From Eledone cirrhosa (Eukaryota), in NCBI GenBank assembly GCA_964016885.1, contig CAXHJY010000133.1:62001-126000 (forward strand): a stretch of DNA of 64,000 nucleotides, in the 5' to 3' direction. The position numbers and the translations under genes were made by a program. The notes under the pieces are model-generated. The model ran no database searches. It was not told the DNA's origin and saw nothing but the letters and a program-made list of their open reading frames with translations. Of the stretch, positions 53,571-64,000 are shown piece after piece (the stretch's first letter is position 1; the number at the start of each line of letters is the position of its first letter).

Positions 53571-54261
53571 AGGGATCTACTGTTAGTGTATGTAGCAGAG
53601 AGAGAGAGAGAGTGAGGTTGAGCTGAATGAAGGAAAGGAGGATGCTACAGAGGAAGGAGGGGGAGGGGGGTAAGGAAAGAAGGAAAGAAAGAAAGAAAGG
53701 AAAGCAGGAGAGATAACAGGGAAGGAAAGAAGTGAGGAAGGAAGTAAGACAATTAAATGTAAGATTCATTTTATTAATTAATATCAGCTGACCTCCTTAA
53801 TTCTGACCTCCACTGAAATGGTGGAGGGGGGGGGGAGTATATTGGTAGTGGTGGTGGTTGTATTGGTGGGGGTGGTGGGTGGTTTATATGGTTGGTGGTG
53901 GTGTTGGTGTGGTGTGGTGTTGATGATGGTGGTGGTGATGTTGGTGTGGTGGTGTGGTGGTGGTGGTGTTGGTGTGGTGGTGTTGTTGTTGTTGGTGGTG
54001 GTGGTGGTGATGTGGTGGTGGTGGTGGTGTTGTTGCTAGTGGTGACGTGGTGGTGGTGTTGTTGCTGGTGGTGGTGATGTGGTGGTGGTGTTGGTGTGGT
54101 GGTGATGTGGTGGTGGTGGTGTTGTTGGTGTGGTGGTGTTGTTGTTGGTGTGGTGGTGATGGTGTTGTTGGTGTGGTGGTGTTGTTGGTGTGGTGGTGTT
54201 GTTGGCGGTGGTGATGATGGTGTTGTTGGCGGTGGTGATGATGGTGTTGTTGGTGTGGTGG

Positions 54262-54307
<46 letters not shown>

Positions 54308-54499
54308 AGTATTATTGTTGTGATGGTGGTGATAGTGATATTGTGTTTGTGGTGATGGTATTGGTGATATTGTTGTTGTGGTGGTGGTGATGGTGTTGGT
54401 AGTGTTGCTGTTGTTGTTTGTGGTGGTGGTGGTGGTAATGTTTGGTAATGGTAATGGTATTTTCACCACATCTCTCTCACATATGTTCTTCCCAATCTT

Positions 54500-55062
54500 T
54501 GACACAACTGAAGAATCTTTCCAGACAAAGGGACCTTCGTCTAGAAGGTTTTCTATGGCCAGATGCCCTTCCTATCACCAACCACTTTACAGAGTGTACT
54601 GGGTGCATGTATCATGTAGATTACCAACACTAGGGAAGTCATCATGGCTGTGACACAACTGAAATGTCCTCCCAACCGTTTGTCTGGAAGGTTTTCTATG
54701 GCTGGGCACCCTTCCTATCACCAACCACTTTACAGAGTGTACTGGGTGCATGTATCATGTAGATTACCAACACTAGAGAAGTCATCATGGCTGTGACACA
54801 ACTGAAATGTCCTCCCAACCCTTTGTCTGGAAGGTTTTCTATGGCTGGATGCCCTTCCTATCACCAACCACGTTACAGAGTGTACTGGGTGCATGTATCA
54901 TGTAGATTACCAACACTAGGGAAGTCATCATGACTGTGACACAACAGAAGTGTCCTCCCAACCATTTGTCTGGAAGGTTTTCTATGGCTGGGCACCCTTC
55001 CTATCACCAACTACTTTACAGAGTATACTGGGTGCTTTCATCATGTAGGTCACCAACACTTG
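54500..55062 (-). repeat. 143-bp tandem repeat, ~4 copies, derived from an RTE/SINE tail
   Basis: ctggaaggttttctatggc at 54541 (variant ctagaagg), 54684, 54827 and 54970; contains ggatgcccttcct..ccaaccac. Confidence 0.9.
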
Positions 55063-55536
55063 GGGGTGGGTGGTTTATATCTTTGAAACAACTCACAAGT
55101 TTTCTCTGGTGGTATGTATATAACTCCAAATTAGCAGGCTGTCCCTGAATCAAATCCGTCCTTTATTTTCTATTTTCTATTATTCTATCTTCCATTCTCT
55201 GTTTGGGTTCAATGTAATCATGTTATACAATTCTGCAATTAACACCTGATGACATAGTCTAAGTCTTGCATCATAATCAGATGATAGTGCTGAGCCATTG
55301 AAATATGTATCACAGACTTATCAATAAAGGACTTTAACATCTGAAACTACTTCGCATTTTCTTAGTCTATCTCTTTCTCTCTCTATATATATAGAGAGAG
55401 AGAGACTGAGGAGACCACTAATCCTGGAAGTACACAATACATGGTGAGATACAGAGTGGGTATAGAGATAGGTAAAATTCTGACCGCGGTGCCAAACAGT
55501 TTCAACACAATACGAAACCACTTGACGCCATGGTCA

Positions 55537-55587
<51 letters not shown>

Positions 55588-56896
55588 TATATACACACAC
55601 ACATGTGTGTGTTTGCGTGTGTGAACCTGTACAGTGATAGTGGTGGGATTGTTGTTGTTGTTAGCATACAGCCACCACTACTACTACTACTACTACCACC
55701 ACTACCACTACTAGCACCACAACCACCACCACTACCAATACAACCAATACAACCATTACAACAGTACTATTGCTATTTATATTGTTGTCAGACTAACTTC
55801 ATCTGTGAAATTGAATGTGGAAAATTGATGGCAGAGGTGGGAAAAGAAAGGTTTTGGTGGTGTTGTGGTTGTTGGTGATGTTGTGGTGGTTGTGGTTGGT
55901 GTTGTGGTGATTGGCGTTGTTGTGGTTGGTGTTGTTGGTGTTGTGGTGGTTGGTGTTGTGGTGGTTGGTGTAATGGACTGAACTCTAAATGGTGAGTTGT
56001 GGTGATTGTATGGTGGTGGTGTTGGTATTGTGTTATTATGGTGGTGGTGTGGGAGTGTTGTTATGGTGTGGTGTAAGGGGGGGAGGTGGTGGTGTTTTAC
56101 CTACCCATTACAAACAACATAGACACACAAATATATATACATATATATAGACAGAGAAAGGAAAGAGAGGAAGGAATAGAGAGGGGGAGAGAGAGGGGAG
56201 AGCGATAGGAGAGGGAGGGAGAGAGAAGGTAGAAAGAGAGGGGAGAGATTGTTTTCTTAATAATAACCATCTGTACAATGTGTATGTGTGTGTGTATAGA
56301 TCTCTGTATATGTTTATGTATAGATCTCTGTATGCGTTTATGTATATAAGGGTGCATACGCACATACATATATGTTTATACATACTCACACACACAATGA
56401 TGCAATATATAAAATAATACACGTACTATATGCACATATGTGTTTCCAGGTGCCTATATATGTATGTGTATACATACATATATAGACACACACACATAAA
56501 TAAACACACACATATATACACACATATACACAGAGCTGAAGCAATATAAAGAATTACGGATTGCTGAAAATACTCATGTGTGTGTATGAGTATTTGTGTA
56601 TATATGTATATGTGTGTGTTTGTGTGTATATATATATATATGTGTGTGTGCATGTGTGTGAGTAAGCACGCATGTGCATGTCTGTGCTTATATGTGTGCA
56701 TGTATATACATGTGTATATATATATATATATATATATTATATGGATGTGTGTATGAGTATGTGTGCACATACGTGTGTATATGTGTATGAGCATGGGTAT
56801 GTGTGTATATATATGTGTATATGAACATGTTTGAGTGTGTATATATGTGTCTATATGAATATGTGTGCATCTGTATGAGTATGCATGTTTAGATAT

Positions 56897-57335
56897 CGGT
56901 ACTCAGTAACAGAGAAGACCCGCCTTACCTAAATATATAGTAAAACCTACTCCAGCCAGTAGGCATCTCTAACAAAATACACCCCGTCCCACCACCACCA
57001 CCCCCACCCGATCCACACCACCCCGTTCTATGTAAAGTTATGTTGGTGCCGCGCCATCGAGGCCGAAACAAATGAGATCGTGTAGGTGTCACGACAAAAA
57101 AACACACAGTCCACGCTGTAATGTGGCCGTGTAGGCAACACGGTAAAAACCTCCCAGACCCACACTGTAAATGTGGTTGGTGTTAGGAAGGGCATCCAAC
57201 TGTAGAAAACCTGCCAGACAGTCCTATGCGAGCAAGACAATCACTCTTGCCTCAAGTGGGACTACCCCCGTCCAAACCCATGCAAGCGTGGAACACGGAC
57301 GTTAAACGTTGATGATGATGATGATGATGATGATG
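56897..57335 (+). mobile_element. RTE 3' UTR fragment (family of 35478/60675)
   Basis: Reverse complement of 35480-36020, with one internal unit fewer. Confidence 0.88.
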
Positions 57336-57347
57336 ATATATATATAT

Positions 57348-57431
57348 ATAGGAAAAAGTATGACCCTGACAGCAGAGCTCAAGCCGTTTCGACGGCTTGA
57401 GCTCTGCCGTCAGGGTCATACTTTTTCCTAT
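57348..57431. repeat. ~84-bp palindrome of a pLTR-like element with a hammerhead 3' half
   Basis: ataggaaaaagtatgaccctgac..gtcagggtcatactttttcctat. The minus strand reads GAAA-cggc..gctg-TC. A related element lies at 62323-62510. Confidence 0.8.
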
Positions 57432-58073
57432 TACCCACTCTACTACCCTAAGTATGAAGTACTCTGGTGCGTTATGGTGCATCTGGTTCCTTACCATAAT
57501 TCCTTCGTTATATATATATATATAATTATATATAAGCACAAGGGATATTCAATTTGTTGGTAATTCAACAAATATGAATGTTTATAACTGATTCGGAGCA
57601 CTCAACAAGTTTTCTGGAGTATAATACTCAATGATATTAAATAAATGGAAACTATATTTATAAAACCATATTTATTCTATTATATATATTTCAATTAATT
57701 TATATTTTATATAATCTAATTGATTATATATACAATATTATAACTCATAATATAGCTAAATAAATTTAAATTCTGGAATCATATTCCACCATTCCCCCAA
57801 ATTGTTAATTCCTTTTAAATTAACGTAAATACAAGCTCTTCTTCCTTTTTCTTCTTTCTACTCATACATACATATATCCTAATTATTTAAATTCTGCATG
57901 GTGTCTAAAATAACGTTTTTTCAGCCCTATACCTCAACCTCATTTGCATACTCATCTTAATAATTTGAAATATCTGACTTTTCTTCTCTTATTATCCCTT
58001 CGCTATCCAAGGAAAACTTGAACCGTTAACGTATCTTTTCCTGGTTATGTCAAAATTTATAAAACAAACTTTG

Positions 58074-58134
58074 TATTTTATCTGATGAGAGCGTACCAAA
58101 GTTTTGGTACTCTTGAAATAGATATAATAGAATA
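58074..58134 (+). ncRNA. Type I hammerhead ribozyme in fold-back element 57535-58190
   Basis: tattttat-CTGATGA-gagc gtaccaaa gt tttggtac tctt-GAAA-tagata-TA-atagaata. Confidence 0.8.
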
Positions 58135-58226
58135 AATATGGTTTTATAAATATAGTAATATAGTTTCCATTTATTTAATATCATTGAGTACATATATATA
58201 TGTGTGTGTGAATATATATGTGTGTG

Positions 58227-58264
<38 letters not shown>

Positions 58265-58279
<15 letters not shown>

Positions 58280-58476
58280 ATCAGTATGTGTGTGTATCAG
58301 TATGTGTGTGTGTATATATATATATATATGTGTGTGTGTGTATCAGTATGTGTGCATATTTATATATATATGTGTGTATGTATCAGTATATGTGTGCATG
58401 TGTGTGTGTATATCAGTATATGTGTATATATATATATATATGTGTGTCTGTGTGTGTGTGTATATCAGTATATGTG

Positions 58477-58507
<31 letters not shown>

Positions 58508-58520
58508 ATCAGTATATGTG

Positions 58521-58553
<33 letters not shown>

Positions 58554-58618
58554 ATATCAGAATATGTGTATATATATATATATGTGTGTGTATGTCCGTA
58601 TATCAGTATATGTGTATG

Positions 58619-58663
<45 letters not shown>

Positions 58664-58828
58664 ATATCAGTATATGTGTATGTAAATATATATATATATG
58701 TGTGTGTGTGTCTGTATATCAGTATATGTGTATGTATGTATATATATATATATATGTGTGTGTATGTCTGTATATCAGTATGTATATATATATATATATA
58801 TGTGTCTGTATATCAGTATATGTGTATG

Positions 58829-58859
<31 letters not shown>

Positions 58860-58916
58860 ATCAGTATATGTGTATATATATATGTGTGTGTGTGTGTGTG
58901 TATATCAGTATATGTG

Positions 58917-58949
<33 letters not shown>

Positions 58950-58968
58950 CTGTATATCAGTATATGTG

Positions 58969-59011
<43 letters not shown>

Positions 59012-59026
59012 ATATCAGTATATGTG

Positions 59027-59073
<47 letters not shown>

Positions 59074-59092
59074 ATATCAGTATATGTGTATG

Positions 59093-59125
<33 letters not shown>

Positions 59126-59140
59126 ATATCAGTATATGTG

Positions 59141-59173
<33 letters not shown>

Positions 59174-59231
59174 CTGTATATCAGTATATGTGTATGTATA
59201 TATATATATATATGTGTGTGTGTGTATATCA

Positions 59232-59274
<43 letters not shown>

Positions 59275-59275
59275 C
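58265..59275. repeat. Compound minisatellite (TG)n-tatcagtatatg-(TA)n, ~20 units
   Basis: Fixed tatcagta anchor between microsatellites of variable length. Confidence 0.9.
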
Positions 59276-59607
59276 ATGTTCAGCGATACGTTGGAAAGAA
59301 TTGATACGATGCATCATATTGGAAGTGAAATCAATTACAGTGATGATACACTTCATCAGCAGAGCGGAACACCTGGTGTAATGGGTGGGGCTAGGGTGGA
59401 GGGTGGCTTGTCTTGTACCTATGGGGCTGGGGTGGTGCTGGCAGGGAGATGGACTAAAACATTGATAGAAATATATGTGGTTATATATATATACATAATA
59501 TATTTATATATATATAATATATATATCATTATCATCATCATCATCACCGTTTTACGTCCGTTCTTCCACGCTAGCATGGGTTAGACGGAATATATATATA
59601 AATATAT

Positions 59608-59647
<40 letters not shown>

Positions 59648-59648
59648 T

Positions 59649-59710
<62 letters not shown>

Positions 59711-59720
59711 ATATATATAT

Positions 59721-60660
59721 AATAAAAAATTGAACAGGGACAGAACAGAGAGGCAGTACAACAAATGTTTATTAGATTCACGCTCAGGAGAGTGGGGGGT
59801 AGGTGGAGGACGACGTTTCGGGCATAAGCCCTTCTTCAGGTAAGAGTTCAAAAGGCGTGTAGGGGAGTGGTGGAGAGACATATAGCGAAAGGAAACGGTG
59901 CGAATGAAAAATTAACAAATAAAGACAAAAATATAATAAATAATAAATAAAAATAAAGCATGATCAAAATACAAGGAATGAGAACATTTAAAAATAAAGG
60001 CATGATCAAAATAAACTGAAATTAAAAGGGGGGTAAACAGGTGGTGGAAGGGTGTGGGGTGAGTAGAGGTGGAGGCGGGTGGAGTGGGGAGAGGGAGACG
60101 GGGTGTCCGAGCGGGGAGGGCTGAAGGTGGTGTGTGTGGTTAGGTGTGCGTGTGTGTGTGTGTGTGTGTATGTGAAAGTGAGGGTTGGGGGAAGAACGGG
60201 GTTGCATGTTCAGGAAGGTGTGTGTGGGAGGGTCTGTGCGTGTGTGGATAGGGGGTGGGGGGAGAGGAATCAGGGGGCTGAGGGTGTAAATATGTGGTGG
60301 GAAGCACGTGTGTGTGGTTTAAGCGTGTTGTGGGTGTGGGTGGCGTGTGGATAAAAAAATTTGTTTTGGGATGTGTGTGTGGGTGAGTTATATAGGTGAT
60401 GGTGTTAGAGGATGGTTGAAAGTGGTAAGTTACACGGATGTATGGAGATTTTGGTTGGAAGTCAAAACGCGTGTGGGTAATCCAAGAAGCGGTGGTCGGA
60501 AGAGGAGAGATGTGGGGTGCGCGCGCAACAGGAAGTGGTCAGCAGTGGAAGTGCTGTGGTCAGTTGGTGCTGAGACAGTGGTCGGAAGGGCATAGCAGCA
60601 GTCAGCGGAATGGTAGGGAGGCGAGGATGGGTAGGTGTGAGAGTTGGAGTGAGGAGGGTG
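59721..60660 (-). mobile_element. PLE-like 3' remnant with a minimal hammerhead core; paralog at 63199-63987
   Basis: The minus strand of 59812-59839 reads CTGAAGA-a-gggc ttat gccc-GAAA-cg-TC. Long homology to 63199-63987, with a short fragment at ~7790-7850. Confidence 0.6.
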
Positions 60661-60674
60661 TGTGTGTATATATA

Positions 60675-61429
60675 TCATCATCATCATCATCATCAGGTTT
60701 AGCGTCCGTGTTCCACGCTTGCATGGGTTTGGACGGGGGTTTTCCCACTTGAGGCAAGAGTGGTTGTCTTGCTCGCATAGGACTGTCTGGCGGGTTTTCT
60801 ACAGTTTGATGCCCTTTCTAACACCAACCACATTTACAGTGTGGGGCTGGGAGGTTTTTACCGTGTTGCCTACACGGCCACATTACAGCGTGGACTGTCT
60901 GGCGGGTTTTCTACAGCTGGATGCCCTTCCTAACACCAACCACATTTACAGTGTGGGGCTGGGAGGTTTTTACCGTGTTGCCTACACGGGACATTTACAG
61001 CGTGGACTGTGTGTTTTTTGTCGTGACACCTACACGATCTCATTTGTTTCGGCCTGGATGTTGTGGGACCAACATAACTTTACATTGAAAGGGGCGGTGT
61101 GGGTGGGGTGGTGGTGGTGGGACGGGGGTGTGTTTTGATAGAGATGCCTACTGACTGTAGTAGGTTTTTACTTTGTATTTAGGTAAGGCGGGTCTTCTCT
61201 ATTACTGAGTACCGCCAAAGGTCTCGGTCCAGTGACATTGTCTTGGAGAGGTGTAAGCGTGTGAGGTCGGAATTTATCAGCTCGTCCCATGTTTTTCTGG
61301 GTCTGCCTACTCCGTGGCTACCGTCTATCTTTATTGCCCTGCACTTTGTTATACAGCTGTCGTCTTTCATGCGCATCACGTGACCGTACCAACGTAGCCT
61401 TCTCTCGAGTAAACAACATCTGATCCCTC

Positions 61430-61438
<9 letters not shown>
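60675..61438 (-). mobile_element. RTE-clade LINE 3' fragment, near-identical to 35478-36247
   Basis: Same peptide MRMKDDSCITKCRAIKIDGSHGVGRPRKTW and same UTR. Confidence 0.92.
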
Positions 61439-61472
<34 letters not shown>

Positions 61473-61518
61473 ATATATATATATATATATTTATATATAT
61501 AATATATATATATATATT

Positions 61519-61554
<36 letters not shown>

Positions 61555-61582
61555 TTAATATATTTATGTATATATATATATA

Positions 61583-61640
<58 letters not shown>

Positions 61641-61685
61641 AATTTATGTATATATATATATATTTATATATATTAATATATTAAA

Positions 61686-62250
61686 CGTCCCTTTATGATC
61701 TGAGTTCAAATCCCGCCGAGGTTGACTTTGCCTTTCATCCTTACAGGGTCGATAAAATAAAGTACCAGTAATGCACTGGGTAATTGCTGGCCTTGTGCCT
61801 AAAGTAGAAACAATTAATATATTAATAGTTTACTCAGCTGTAGAAATGAGATGATAGGGACTGGGGTCCCTATCATTCCACTGCAAAGTGGTCGTGGAGG
61901 TGCCACGGCAAAAAAGCACCCAGCACTCACTGTAAATGAGGTTGGTGTTAGGAAGGGCATCCAGCTGTAGAAATCAAGCCAGAATCAGTTCCCGTCCCAC
62001 CCTTGCAAGCAGGGAAAAGCGGACGTAAAATGATGATGATGATGATGATGATATATATATAATTGTTTCTACTTTTTGGCACAAGGCCAGCAATTATCTC
62101 AGTGTATTACTGGTACTTTATTTTATCGACGCCGTAAGGATGAAAGGCAAAGTTAGCCTCGGCAAGATTTGAACTCAGTCCGTAAAGGGAAGTAACTCTT
62201 TGCTGCAAAGCATGGCGTCCGACCCTCTACCAATACTGCCAATCCACCGC

Positions 62251-62252
<2 letters not shown>
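61686..62252. mobile_element. SINE cluster: partial A (+), truncated B (+, 61828-62051), full A (-, 62061-62252)
   Basis: Direct similarity to the other copies in the window. Confidence 0.88.
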
Positions 62253-62298
<46 letters not shown>

Positions 62299-62784
62299 AT
62301 ATAATATATATATATATATATATAACAAAAAGGGTGTGGTGAGATACCAGGTGGACCATAACGCACCAGAGTACTCAATACTTAAGGTAGTAGAGTGGGT
62401 AATAGGAAAAGAGTCAGGACCCCGATGCGTGAGCTCCTGCCGTTTCGACAGCTAGATCCAGCTATCGAAACACCGGAACACAACCGCCGGGGACCTGACT
62501 CTTTTCCTATATATATATATATACACGTAAGATATGGCAACATGAATGGATCTGTTATTTTTCTCTAAAAACTTTGTCTCCAATTCCGCCCCTGCCCATA
62601 CCTTCAATTTTTATAATTTCTCGTTCTTTCTTCTGATGAAGGACTAGCGTCCAAAACGTTAAGACTCTCTTCCTGCTATTCCATACGTTAAACTAATATA
62701 TTCCTTCCATATACTGTTCTCATTGTGTTGTTATTAAAACTGCACTATTCACAAGTGTTCTTTAACCTTCATATCATGTCTTCC

Positions 62785-62855
62785 TATTTTATCTGATGAA
62801 AACACAAATGTTATTGCACGATGATATTTGTTTTTGAAATGCGCATAATAAAATA
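62785..62855 (+). ncRNA. Type I hammerhead ribozyme (family of 39367)
   Basis: tattttat-CTGATGA-aaacacaaatgttattg ca cgatgatatttgttttt-GAAA-tgcgca-TA-ataaaata. Confidence 0.8.
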
Positions 62856-62891
62856 CATGAACTCTTTTAACTATCTTTTGATCTTATATAT

Positions 62892-62932
<41 letters not shown>

Positions 62933-62968
62933 TATATATATATGTACACATATATATATGTACACAAA

Positions 62969-63009
<41 letters not shown>

Positions 63010-63032
63010 TATATACATATATATGTACACAT

Positions 63033-63097
<65 letters not shown>

Positions 63098-63132
63098 TGT
63101 ACATATATATATATATGTACACATATATATAT

Positions 63133-63166
<34 letters not shown>

Positions 63167-63198
63167 GTACACATATATATATATATGTACATATATAT

Positions 63199-63987
63199 AA
63201 TGAAAAATTTGAACAGGGACAGAACAGAGAGGCAGTACAATAAATGTTTATTAAATTCACGCTCAGGAGAGTGGGGGGTAGGTGGGGGACGACGTTTCGG
63301 GCATAAGCCCTTCCTCAGGTGAGAAGTGTGTGGGAACAGAGTTCAAAAGGTGTGTAGGGGAGTGGTGGAGAGACATATAGCGAAAGGAAATGGTGCGAAT
63401 GAAAAATTAACAAATAAAGACAAAAAATATAAAAAATAAAAATAAAGCATGAACAAAATACAAGGAATGAGAAAATTTAAAAATAAAGGCATGATCAAAA
63501 TAAACTGAAATTAAAAGGGGGGTAAACAGGTGGTGGAAGGGTGTGGGGTGAGTAGGGGTGGTGGCGGGTGGAGTGGGGAGAGGGAGACGGGGTGTCCGAG
63601 CGGGGAGGGCTGAAGGTGGTGCGTGTGTGTAGGTGTGCGTGTGTGTGTGTGTATGTGAAAGTGAGGGTTGGGGGAAGAACGGGGTTGCATGTTCAGGAAG
63701 AGGTGTGCGTGGGGGGTGTTTTTGTGGGTCGGAGTGTCTGTGCATGTGTGGATAGGGGGGTGGGGGGAGAGGAATCAGGAGGCTGAGGGTGTAAATATGT
63801 GGTGGGAAGCACGTGTGTGTGGGGTTTAAGCGTGTTGTGGGTGTGGGTGGTGTGTGGAGAAAAAAATTTTTTTGGGGTGTGTGTGTGGGTGAGTTATATA
63901 GGTGATGACGTAAGAGGATGGTTGAAAAGTTGGTAAGTTCCACGGATGTTTGGAGATTTGGTTATAAGTCAATTTCGCGTGTGGGTA
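63199..63987 (-). mobile_element. Paralog of 59721-60480 with a CTGAGGA hammerhead core
   Basis: gacgtttcgggcataagcccttcctcag at 63291-63318. Confidence 0.6.
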
Positions 63988-64000
63988 TGTACATATATAT

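Overview
Animal (eukaryotic) genomic DNA that is extremely rich in repeats. The (TA)n/(CA)n/(ACC)n load and the SINE families suggest an octopus or other coleoid cephalopod; this is an inference, not a database result. No intact host gene is recognisable, and almost all ORFs in the track are microsatellite read-through. Real coding remnants are retroelements: two Tx1/L1-type LINE 3' ends, one CR1/L2-type 3' end, several RTE-type 3' ends, and a 5'-truncated Penelope-like element (RT plus GIY-YIG, 10092-14035) bracketed by ~600-bp inverted pseudo-LTRs. There are also tRNA-derived SINEs (several with clear TSDs), piggyBac-, hAT- and Tc1/mariner-type MITEs, and several minisatellites. The main hidden signal is about 15-20 type I hammerhead ribozyme motifs from at least 7 sequence families. 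One pair lies in the Penelope pLTRs. The rest lie in short non-coding fold-back elements inserted in (TA)n tracts, often as head-to-head palindromes whose inversion point is at or next to the ribozyme. A few minus-strand exon candidates, including a 14-aa TPSYG/SPQK repeat ORF, may belong to a host gene.
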